Below, piece after piece: positions 25,566 to 37,534 of a DNA stretch of 64,000 bases (positions within the stretch are counted from its first letter, which is position 1; each line of letters begins with the position of its first letter). The position numbers and the translations under genes were made by a program. Source of the DNA: Stylophora pistillata (Eukaryota); assembly GCF_002571385.2 (NCBI RefSeq), contig NW_019217984.1:1-64000 (forward strand). Direction: 5' to 3'. The notes beneath the pieces were generated by a model. The model had not been told where the DNA came from, did no database searches, and was given only the letters and a program-made list of their open reading frames with translations.

Positions 25566-26629
25566 CGTTAAATGAAGTTGTTGTTATTATTATTATTATA
25601 GTTTGGAGATTAAACCAAAATACTCCTCTTCTCGTCTAGCTTTGCTCTTCTGTGCCTTTCTCTTATTTTTGCTATTTGCTTTTAAAATAGCTGGGTGAGT
25701 TTTATTTAAGTTGTAATAAAACTGTTTCTGTGGCAGAGGGCGGGTCATCTTATTTCGTTTACAGAGTCAAAGGGGGGCCACATTATGTTATGCAGTGGCA
25801 AGAAGAGTCCCTTGGGAAATTATGTATAATTGCATCAGCCCCCCCCCCCTCCTCCCATAAATGACCATGAGCCCCTTATATTACTACCTGGTTCAAAGTA
25901 GGAAATTTAATCATTTAATTATTTCTTAAAACTTGGTTAGTAGTATTTCATATTAATTTTGATTAAAATAGATTAAGAATTTCTTTTATTAATCTGTTCT
26001 TCCACAGAATTGGTTGATATTAGAAATGCTTAAAGAATGTATTGGCCCCTGTCTAAAGAGGTATGCCATATCTTTTCTCGCTATCACTTGCCATCTTTTT
26101 GCTGAATTTTTGGTTCAACTTGGTTCTTACTGCTGCACTGTTTTGCACTGTTTTTATAGTGTATGTAGTTTCTAAAAATTTTATTGGTTTTGGCCAACAG
26201 TATAATTGTTTTGTTGCTCTTGTTGGAAAATTTATCATTTCAAATTTTTTCTCTCTGCTAATAAATTTTAGGACGTTGTGATCATTTAATAATCCCCATT
26301 CAAAAATCAACTAATATTTTGTATAATGATATGTCTGTGAGTATGATCATTTAAGCTTGCAACATTATATCTCCCCTCAGCCCCTTAAAGTATAAATTAT
26401 TCAAATTTTTGCTGATAACTATGAACATACATCGTACAGTGGTTGAACTTTTTGCTCATATCAGTCCATAATGTATTTCATGAATCTCAAAATTTAAGTA
26501 CATTTTATATGATGAATTATCTTGCCTTTTGGTAAAATCTGTTTATAACTTGCTCCTTTCTTCATTCCAATTCGTTTGGTGTGATGTTATGTGTAAAATT
26601 GTAACTTTATAATAATAACAGCTTTATTT

Positions 26630-26889
26630 AAGGAGGGCAACACATGACAGTAGTACAACTGATGAACTTGTGGCCCTCAAATAAATCAAACAAAGATTTT
26701 AAGTAAACATAAAATGCATGAAAATCCCTACTGGCAGGAGGCAAACCAGTAGGCTATTTACAGAGCGCAGCCGAGGAGTTGAACTCAGGGCAACGGAGAA
26801 CAAATCCAGTGGGTAGAGGGTGGAGGACTCGAACCCGGGCCACCGGATTACAAGTCCAGTACCCTAACCACTCGGCCATGCCACCTCCA
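26630..26889 (-). mobile_element. tRNA-derived SINE, inverted relative of 25308 copy
   Basis: Reverse complement is closely similar to 25308-25565. Confidence 0.75.
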
Positions 26890-27027
26890 CGTATGTTTAG
26901 CTTGTGATTTGGTGGTCATGAATTGCGCTAATGTTTACTGCCTTAATTGTTACCTTTCTCTTTTCAGGCCAGTATAATGTAAACAGAAACTTTCTAGGAA
27001 GCATCTTGTCAGATATAGTCAGTAGCT

Positions 27028-30000
27028 ATGGAAAGAAGTTCAAGCAAAGTTCCACGTGAAACTGGAGATGGACCTGTAAAAGAAAATGCCTTGGACTTTG
27101 AGACCTTGGGAGGTGAGAGTCTTGCCAAGCTTCAGTTACCAATGACAGTACCAGGGAATAAATGTACCTGCAGATTTTGGATAAAACCACCAGACACAAG
27201 AAAGGATTTGATATCATGCACTTGAAAGGATATTTAGAACAGTTCGTAATGCTCATTTGAATTAGTTGCCCAATTAAGTATAAGGCATTGAGATAATTAT
27301 ATGTCACCTGAATCTTCAAAAACAAATGTCAGCCTTTAACCTGTGCTGGGGGAATTATGCGCCGATGCAAAAGCGCATAATTTTAGCTCAAACGCATAGT
27401 TTGCATAATCCTCTAAAAAGTGCATAATTTTGGCATAATTCTCGATATTTCAAAAAAAATCTGTCCTAAAAGATAAATTTTCCTACCTTCAAAACTTTTT
27501 AAAATAGTTGTTTTAAATTGTAGTGAATTTTGATGGCAAAAACTAAAGTTTTTTGCACGATTAAAACAAATTTCTGCTTCTTTTATTCCGATCACGTCCA
27601 AATAAACGGTTACAACAATAGAGAGAGAAAACAAAATAGAGTAGTATATATAATTATGCTAATTCATAAAAAAGAAAGTTTGAACAACAAAAGGAAAAGA
27701 AACACCTGGGCCAATCATAGTTCAAATTAACTATTCCTGTGAAATATTTCAAATTTAAAATAACAACGGCAAACATAATATGCATAATAACAACAAAAAC
27801 TGTATTTTTAATCAAAAAGATCGTGTCAAACAGGCAGGAAGACAAGTAAAATCAAACAGGCCTCTTGTCTTTTGCTGCTGGAGACCTGGGCTCTAATTGT
27901 TGACTTTCAAGCAATATGATTGGAGGAAAAAGAACCAATCAACGCTTCCGAAAGAAAAATGGCGCCATTTTGGTAAATTTATTCCAGAAACTTTCTTTTC
28001 TGTTCTTTTTGTGTTTAAAATGGAAAGTTTTTTCCAAACCAAAGCAAAAAAAATTACAATATAACAGCCAAAGAGAGAGTTAAGCAATATCCTGGCAAAT
28101 AATTATTAATAATTAGATTTTCTTAAAATGGACTTATAAATTTAAAATATATGTAAAATTCAATACTTTTAATATTGTGCAACTTGCATAATTTGTGTAT
28201 AATTTGCTAAATTTGGCACATAATCACAGAAAAAATAGTTTGTAATTTCTCATAAAATAATGCATAATTCCCTCAGCCCTGTTTAACCGAAGACAATTTT
28301 TCTAAAGGGCATGTTTAGTAATTAAGCACAAAATAGTTCACATTTTTTTTCATCTAATATTTTAGTTAACTAAATGGGAATTTTGAAGGAAGTTGAGCTT
28401 GGAGCTTGATCTGCACAATACTTAAAACAGCTATGTAGATGTGTTGTTTCAACTGTTACACTATGGCTGTCCTCTTTCTCTATAGTCTGTTGAGGCGTGA
28501 AAAAATTAAATTATACACACACACATGCACATGACACCTTTGCAGCCATTAAGTGCATGAAAAGCAAAAGCAAACAGGTTGCAAGTGAGAGAGAGAGAGA
28601 GACTTTAAGAGAGTCGGCTTGTATGTGAGGGGTGACCATATCTATAACCTCATGACTATCTACCTCCACTTTTTGCATAGTTCTACATTTTTTTCCCACA
28701 CCCAGCAGACTCAAAGTCTCTTATCAAGGTTCTGTACATATGAGTAATTTAGTTTTTGATCTTTGTTTATAATTAACTTAATGATACACTCTTTAAACTG
28801 AATGAACTACCCACAGAACAAACCAAATGTTGAGACATTGACACAAATCTTTGTTTTATGTTTGCAGCCATTGCTCATGTTTATAGGAATCAGGGTAATG
28901 AAGCCTTCAAGAAAGGAGACTTCCTCAATGCTGTCCTCTTTTACACAGAAGGAATTAAAGTTAACTGCAATGACATAGAACTGAAAGCCAAACTGTACAA
29001 CAACAGGGCAATTGTACATTTTAAATTAGGTACTGAGAAGCTTAAATACACAGTTTTATTTTTTGATACTCTGGGAACTAGTATATGAATTATATAGTTG
29101 TTTTCCAAAATCAGAGATTATTTAAATTGTAAGCTCCTAAAGCAGTTTTTTAAAACCAAATTGCACTAGTAATGAGCCCTAAAACATGCAAAGCAATACC
29201 TATAACTTAATTAATTCTTATGGCAAAACCAATGGGAGCAGATGAAATACATTTATACATGTACAATATTACCAGCATTGCTGGATCTAAACAGAAATGT
29301 TTATTTTTAAAACAGGAAATTATCATGACTCACTAAGCGATGCAAGAGCTGCCACTGAGTTACAACCAGCATTCCTCAAGGCAATTGTGAGAGGTGAGTA
29401 GGTGTGTTGTTTTCTGTTTTGAAAAAAACTATTTCCACTAAACATGTATGTATTATTAAGATGTAATTATAAAGAATCAGTGTTAAGTTTTGGTTTCTGT
29501 TTCTCTTCTTGGATGTACTAATTATAAAAGGCTGTTGCTTACAGGAGCCACTGCCAGTGCTGAACTGAAGAAATTTGAAGAAGCCATCACATGGTGTAAT
29601 AAGGGTTTAGCTGTATCCTTTTCTCTTTAGGTCTAATTTCTTGAGTAAACACTTTGTCAACCTGACTCTGTAGCAGAAAATGTGAAATAGGGAATTAATG
29701 TAGTTGCATTGGTGTTGTTGTTGTTTTACCAACATTTGAACTTAAGATAGTCAATTAATGTGATTTGCTAATATTATTTTGATGAATGACAATAATATCT
29801 ATTCAGTAGTAAAATTGGTTTTCATCCAAATTGACTGCTATTTGATATATAGTACTCTCTTCATTACAGCTTTTGCATCTCATATAGTAAAGGATATAGC
29901 TGGAACTGATAGCTTTCCTTGTCTGAGCAGAACTAAACCCTATGTGGATATAACGTAGATTTCAATATCATTGCACTAATATATGAATTGAAAACACAGC

Positions 30001-33000
30001 ACTGAATTGGAGAAAGATGTAGTTACAGGTGGTGATATAGCTATATGTACCAGTGAATTATGGAATCTGTAGCATGTTCTGCCTATTTCCATGAGATATT
30101 TTTATTTAAAATATATGTATATCTTATGTCTCTTAAAAGTTTCTTATTCACTTTAACGTAAATAAGATTGACCAAAATAACAAGATCTTGTTGGCGTTAA
30201 AAACCCAGTCTGTCGAAGAACTAGCGGGAGAGTTCATGGACAAAAAAGATCAAGGCAACCGTGATATCACTTCCAACAGTTCAGGTGATATCAAGAAAGT
30301 CTTTGACTGTTGTCATCTAAATCTTAAAATCGCAAAAGAAAGAAGAGACAGAGCTGGGGAAGGATATGCCTATGGCAGCCTCGGGAATGCTTTCGAACAA
30401 GTAGGCGATTTAAAAAAAGCTCTGAACTACTATAATTTGTGTCTTCAGATTGCAAAAGAAGTTAGAGACACACCCTTGAAAGGTAAAGCTTGTGGCTGTC
30501 TTGGCAGTGCTTATCACAAGCTGGGTGATTTCAAAAAAGCCGTAGAATATCACAATATGTCTCTCAAAATTTTTAAGGAAATGGGAGATAAGCGTAACGA
30601 GGGTGCTGCTTACAGCAATCTTGGAATTGCTAATCGATGTCTGGGTAATTTGAGAAAAGCCGTAGAGTACCAGAACTTACATCTTGAAATTGCTAGAGAA
30701 GTAGGAGACAAGCACAGTGAGGGTAGAGCTTATGGTAATCTTGGCAATGCTCATCACAATTTAGGCGATGTCAAAAACGCCATAGAGTACCATAACCTAC
30801 ATCTTGCAATAAGTAAAGAAATGGGAGATAGGCATGGTGAGAGTAGCGCTTATGGTAGCCTTGGGATTGCCTACGACAGTCTGGGAGATTTCAAAAACGC
30901 CTTGAAGTACCACAACTTACATCTTGAAATTACCAAAGAAATAGGAGACAAGCATGGGGAGGGAAAGGCTCATGGCAATCTCGGCATTACCTATAACAGT
31001 TTGAGCGATTTCAATAAAGCTATACATTGTCACAGACTAAGTGCTGAAATTAGTAAAGAAATAGGTGACAGGCATGGGGAGGGTAGTTCTTATGGCAGCC
31101 TCGGTAGTGCTTACAGACAACTGGGAAATTTGAAAAAGTCTATAGAGTACCACAACCTACATCTTGAAATTGCTAAAGAAGTAGGAGACAAGCATCAGGA
31201 GGGTGGTGCTTATGGCAATTTAGGCAATGCTTATAACATGCTTGGTGATGTCAAAAAAGCGATAGAGTACCACAACCTAGATCTTAAAGTTATGAAAGAA
31301 GTAGGAAACAAGCATGGGGAGGCTAGTGCTTATGGAAATCTAAGCACTGCTTATCAGGGTTTGGGAGATTATAAAAAGGCCATAGAGTATCTAATCCTAC
31401 TTCTTGATATTATGAAAGAAGTAGGAGACAAGCATGGGGAGGGTGGTGCTTATGGCAATCTCGGCAGTGCTTATCATGCTCTGAGTGACTTCAAAAAAGC
31501 CATAGACTACTTCAGCATACATCTTGAAATTAGCGAAGAAATAGGAGACAAGCTTGGGAAGGGTGTAGCCTATAGTAATCTTGGCAATGCTTACGACAGT
31601 CTGGGCGATTTCAAAAAAGCCTTAGAGTACCACATGCTACATCTTGATATCGCTAAAGAAATAGGAGACAAGTATGGCGAGGGGGGTGCTTATGGTAGTC
31701 TTGGCAATGTTTATTTATGTCTGGGCGATCTCCAAAACGCCCTGAAGTTCCTCAATGCACATCTTAAAATTGCTACTGAACTTGGCAACAAGCGTGGAGA
31801 GGGTAATGCTTATGGCAATATTGGCAAGATCTATCTGCTTCTGGGCGATTTCAAAAAGGCCATAGAGTACCACAACCTGAATCTGGAAATAATTAAAGAA
31901 ATAGGAGATAAGCATGGGGAAGGTATATCGTATGGTAGACTTGGAAATGATTATCTAGCTTTGGGTGATCTAATGAAGGCCGAAGACTTTTTCAGGCGAC
32001 AACTTGATATTACCAAAGAAGTCGGTGACAAATCATCAGAGGCAGCAGCCTACTATTCATTGGCTTTCCTTTTCGAATCTCAGGGCCGACTACCAACAGC
32101 CGTTGAACATTATAAAGCCAGTATAGCGCTCTACGATGCTATGCGAAGCCTTCTCAAATCGAAAGATGAGTGGAAAGTTAATTTTCGACATAAAGCTCAG
32201 AGAGCTTATACAGGCTTCTGGAAAGCACTCGTGAAACAAGGTGAGATAGACGAGGCCTTGTTTGCAGCGGAGAAAGGACGCGCACAAGCTCTAGTTGACC
32301 TGATGGAATGTAGTTTTCATGATGGGGCAGGTTCGCCCGAAGAAGCAGTTTTAAAGAACCCTTTCGAAGAGGAGGAGGAATATTTAGAAGTTTTAAGGTA
32401 CGTTCCATTAAACACTGTTTTTCAAGCAGTCGACTACCCAGACGTCAGTCTTTGGGTAATTCCCCAAGGAAAACAAGTTCAATTAAAACAGAATAAAGTA
32501 GAACATACTGTTTCAGAGAATAATGATGCTCCCCAGTCCTTTGAGTTGCTCGTCCTCGATGCTTATGACAAAATTGGGGTTAATGTAGATTTGACATGCG
32601 AGGATCGGTCTTTGAATGCTTTTAGGGAAAGCGGTATAAAAGAGAACGAGAGAACGAAAAGAGAAAACCCCCAACCTTCCGCAGAACAAGAAGATTGCTT
32701 GAACACTTTGTATAACCTCATTATTCAGCCAATCATTGATCTAATCCAAGGCGATGAGCTAGTCATTGTTCCCGATGGACCCTTTTGGCTAGTTCCTTAT
32801 GCTGCATTCAAGAATGCCGATTCTAAATTCCTGTTTGAATCCTTTAGAATCCGACTTGCTCCATCTTTGACAAGTTTCAGGCTCATTGCCGATTGCCCAG
32901 AAGATTACCACAGAAGAAGTGGTGCCTTACTTGTTGGAGATCCGTGGGTGACCGACATTCCATGGACTTACCCCAATGGAGAAAAAATGTTCAAGCAGCT

Positions 33001-33571
33001 CCCGTTTGCTGTAAAGGAAGTAGAAATGATCGGGAAGATCCTGGATGTCACACCACTCACTGGTAGACAGGCAACGAAGCGTGAGGTGTTGAAAAAACTC
33101 AGTTCCGTTGCTTTAGTTCACTTTGCAGCTCACGGTAGCATGGATACTGGCGAAATTGCTCTTACACCTGACCCAGAGAGATTATCCGCGGAAATTACGA
33201 AGGAGGATTTCATTTTGACAATTGGAGAAGTGTTAAATGCTCAACTTCGCGCCAAACTTGTTGTACTCAGTTGCTGCCACAGTGGTCGGGGCGAAATCAA
33301 AGCTGAGGGTGTGGTCGGCATTGCGCGCGCGTTTATGGCGGTTGGTGCTCGTTCTCTTTTAGTGGCTCTTTGGGCAATTGACGACGAGGCTACACTGGAG
33401 TTCATGAAATGCTTCTACCATCACCTTGCAGAGGGAAGACGTGCAAGCGAGTCTCTGAACCTGGCCATGAAAAGTTTGAGGGAATCCGAGAAGTTCAGTA
33501 AAATCAAATTCTGGGCTCCTTTTTTGCTGATTGGCGATGACGTCACTCTCGACTTCGGTGCGTTGAAATGA
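27028..33571 (+). CDS. TPR-CHAT protein (TTC28-like) with N-terminal TTC4-like TPR domain, about 1265 aa
   Basis: Exons 27028-27112, 28868-29029, 29316-29393, 29545-29612 and 30167-33571. Fifteen 40-aa TPR units are followed by a CHAT domain with VHFAAHG and VVLSCCHSG, ending in [10 protein letters not shown]. Confidence 0.9.
27341..28281. mobile_element. Non-autonomous TIR DNA transposon in an intron
   Basis: TIRs ctgtgctgggggaattatgc / gcataattccctcagccctg, TTTAAC on both sides, and subterminal gcataat repeats. Confidence 0.6.
29613..30166 (+). other. U12-type (minor spliceosome) GT-AG intron
   Basis: 5' site GTATCCTTT, branch-like TTCACTTTAAC close to the AG, and no polypyrimidine tract. 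It joins KGLA|IDQNN in frame. Confidence 0.85.
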
Positions 33572-36464
33572 ATACATTTAAGATCAAAATTATTAAGATC
33601 AAAATTACTTGTCACTAAAATTAGAGACCTCTCAGACTTGAAAACACGCGAAGGTATAAAACGCTCTAGACCAGAATGTTTTTTTTTCTTGCATTGACGT
33701 TTTTGATCTTTTCTATTATTCTTTTCATTACTTGTCAACACGTTTCTGTTTGATTTATATAAATTTCATCGTGTCAGGAAGATATATATCCTTAGTATTG
33801 GGAAGAAATAAAGAAAGACCACTCTATGTTACGTCGACCAGAAAATGTGTTGTTATTTTTCCTCTGCTTTTTCACTTGCTTGCCAAGATTGCGAAATGTA
33901 CCACGGCTTGTCACCTGAATGAAATAATGATTATGATGTCTTTCGCCAAGCTGACAGTCAACTGCTTTCCCTTTCTTCTTCTTTTATTATTCTCCTTAAC
34001 AAAGAGTGAGGTCATCGCCGTTTTGTTACTTACATGCTCTAAACTTTTTTTAAAGTGGAGGAACGGTTCGCCGTTTTTTAGGGAATAGGGGTCATTTAGT
34101 AAACTTTGATCTTTTCTCTTTATTATGAATGACACTTACTGACAATTTGGTGTTACCTTGAAAAAGTGCTAGGTTGTTGCTCTTTCAAGCAGAATCTGAT
34201 TCCTCTAAATTGATTCTAATTCTGTAACTGTCGAGATTGCCATTCCACGATTTATTGAAAAAACTAACTACCAAAGTTAATGTGGCCATATGTCAGACTT
34301 GTTAGATTCACTTTAATGAAAAAGGGTTTGATCATATTCAATGTTTTATCAAACACTCGCCTATTCACAGTTAAGAGCCACTGACCGTAAATATCGACAG
34401 CTGTTGGCGGACATTCGATCGATGGTCAGTGGCTCGTAAGGTTTGAGAACAAGCTAAGAGAAAAAGATACAAGGCTTTAAGGTATAATACTTTCAACATT
34501 CTGAATATTCCCAGTTCTTAACTTTTATGCTTAACACCTACCTATGTATGATATGAGGAATTTTTGATGTATCTCACGCACTTGGTATTTAGGTTTTTAT
34601 TTTACACTTAGATGCGGAGGACAGTTTTCTGTTTAGGATCCATCAGGTGGTCAAAAGTTTTAAGATGTGCTGTAATCCAGCTGCTTCGGAGTAAAGAGTA
34701 TTGATATCAATCTTAATTTAGCATATTCTGATAACAACCACTTGTATTCTTATTTTAATCAGTTGGCCTAGTGCAAGTTCGAACCTGAGGTTACGTGGTA
34801 TTTTGTATTCAAGTCTAAACAAACTAAGCCTGTATCTATTTAACTGTATTAACGTGTTAATTAGGATTTTCTTGGGTTAAGACATGTCACCACAATTGGC
34901 AGAGATGTCGCAACCTGATTGAACAATTTGCCGTGGTTAACAAGAGTACAGACAACACTACTAGCGCCAACGTGCCACGAAATTTAGTGCCGCGTTTACG
35001 TGAAACGTGAACAGCGTGAGCGAGCACGTGACCGTGTTTTTCCCGCCCTTTTTTCACACCGGTTGCGCTTTGTGGTTTCTACTTGTAAGCATCCTGTTTC
35101 ACGTTTGCAGTGTACGTAAGATTTTCTTCGCTTTTTCTCTCACAGAGTAGAAGTTAATTTCCGGAAAAAGGGCCCCCAAAACTATTTCTTCAAGGTCATA
35201 CAAGCTTAAGGGTACTTTCAAATTCCCCATGACGTAAGCTCACGCAAAGCTAAAGCAGCAAGGTTCACGCTATTTTATGTGAAACGTGAAAGGGCAAGCT
35301 GACGTTTGCCGTTTCACCTAAACGCGGTGCTAAATCTCTCTAATGTGTCGCGCACTGAAAGAATCGTTTTATTTGGCGTTGATATTGTTGCGGACTCACT
35401 TAGCAGCGCCGCGTGAGTCCACGACATTTTGACCATTGTGATCATGACGATTATCGTGGTTGATAAGAGTACAGAACACACTAAACCACCGTCGATTTGT
35501 TAAGTATAACTGTTTACTCTAGCTCTATCATAGCTTAATTAACACTTTTATTCCCACGGTTTAAATGGAAACTCTCTCACCTGACAAGGATACGTATGTG
35601 TTTGTTTACACGCTTTTTGTATCACGTTACTATCAAGATAATATGCCCCAGTTTCCACATTTTTTCTGATTATCATCTACTCCTTATCTATCAATGTATT
35701 ATAATCTCTCCAAGGATTGAAAGGGTTCACATCTTAATGTCTCCATTGAGGGTTTACCGTCTGCGGCAATCAACCACAGTTTTCTTTTGTTTTTGTTTTT
35801 TTACATATTTCTTATTTGTTTCTGATTTTATTACATTTTACTGCGAGTAGTCTGATAATTTTGGTGATTGAAGGGGAAAATATTGTCTTCTTTCATGTGC
35901 GCAATAAATAAAATTTAGAGAAAACAGATCTTGAATGTGTATCTGTTCAACTTTGTATGTACTAACCATCGATGTGACAAGTTCACTTTTGGCTGACATC
36001 TTGCCTTCGCTTGCATATCTTTCGTTGATTCTCGTTTTCTAAGTGTTTCCACCTTTCGTGAATTCAGACGGTTATCGCCTTTTTGCATGTGTATGTCTTT
36101 TCTCGCTCGCGTTATAATCACCTTTTCTCCTCGTTTACGCCTCTGTGATTTTTTTTTTTCATTTCTTGTTGCTTTTCCATTGTAATATTTCTTCAACCCA
36201 CCTATGCGCGCTTCTCTCGCTGCTTGCATCTTAACTACATCTTATTGACATTCATATGGAAAACGTCTTTGTGTCTGTTCTCTAAACAACTGAAATTTAT
36301 TTCGTAGTGTTCCGACCCATTTAATTTGCGTACGATTCCAAACTTTAAACGTTTTGCAATTTTGCGGTCTTTAATGATTACGTGTTGTTAGGGGTGCATT
36401 GGTTCGTACTCGTTTATTAGATCCCAGTGTTGCGCATCCCAGCACTAAGCGGTCTTGATTTTTT

Positions 36465-36710
36465 ATAATTTGGATATATCAACAAAGTAGAAATGGTAAA
36501 TTGGCCACCGTAACGATTACAAAAGCTGACGTTTCGAGCGTTAGCCCTTCGTCATTCGCTCCGACGAAGGGCTAGCGCTCGAAACGTCAGCTTTTGTGAT
36601 CGTTACGGTGGCCAATTTACCATTTCAACTTTGTTGATATATCCAAATTATTTCGTTACTCCCTCCTACGCAGCCCCAAACAGTTTCTTTCGAAAATATC
36701 AGCCTTTAAT
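36465..36710 (+). mobile_element. Penelope-like foldback with hammerhead-like core
   Basis: About 90-bp inverted arms centred on gctCCGACGAagggctagcgctcGAAACGTCagc. Confidence 0.75.
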
Positions 36711-37534
36711 GGAATATGAGTCTTCTTGTATTCTAGTGATTTTAATTTTTGTTGGTTGATTTTTTTTGTTTATTGCCTGAGGAATTTAACTACAAATTAT
36801 CAAATTTAACTACATATTATCAAAAAAAAATTAATTCTTGTGATAGCTGACTCCTTTGTACTGTTTGTTACCCAATTTAATGTGCAACACTCACTCCCTC
36901 CCCTTAGAATGTATGTGATAATTGAGAAAAGTAAATTATATGGCACAGAGAAGTTATTATACACATGGATGGCTCTCTCTCCCTATCAGTAAGGAATTAT
37001 TTCCTCCCTCCTTCATCAATTGCTGTATACATGTAAATCCCAGCCAGGCTAATTCTCTCTGTCTGGCTCTTGTTTTTGATAAAGGCTAACCAGGAAGGCA
37101 GACTTAAACTGAATTGTCAGCCATGTTTTTCTCCATTATAATCCAAATTAAAGTTCAGGCTAGCCTTGGCCTGGCAGGAAAGCCTGGGGCCATTCGGCTA
37201 AATTTTGTTCCTTGTTTCTTCCTTTATAAGCTAGCCAGGCAAAAGGCCTGGGCTATTGCCTGGTTTGGCAAGGGTCGTGTTGCAAGTTGGATTACAAATT
37301 AAAACACAACTGCAACTGAATTTACAAAGAGGCTATTACTTTTGTTCTGCAGATTTAGGCTGTAGATTCGATAATATTTTAAAACCTGTTTACTGAGAAT
37401 AGTGGCTCGATCGTGGCGCCGGCCATAGATTTTTGCCTTAATAAATACATGAGGACTTGACAGATTTAGATAGGTTTCCAAACTATTAATTTAATAACGG
37501 AACCTTTTTTTGTATGTTTGTTGGATGCATGCAG

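Noticed and set aside
30167-33571. Bacterial contamination or the true TTC28 ortholog
   Set aside because: It is linked to spliceosomal exons and host repeats. The tandem, TTC4-fused, single-large-exon structure indicates a lineage-specific family, so no gene symbol is assigned.
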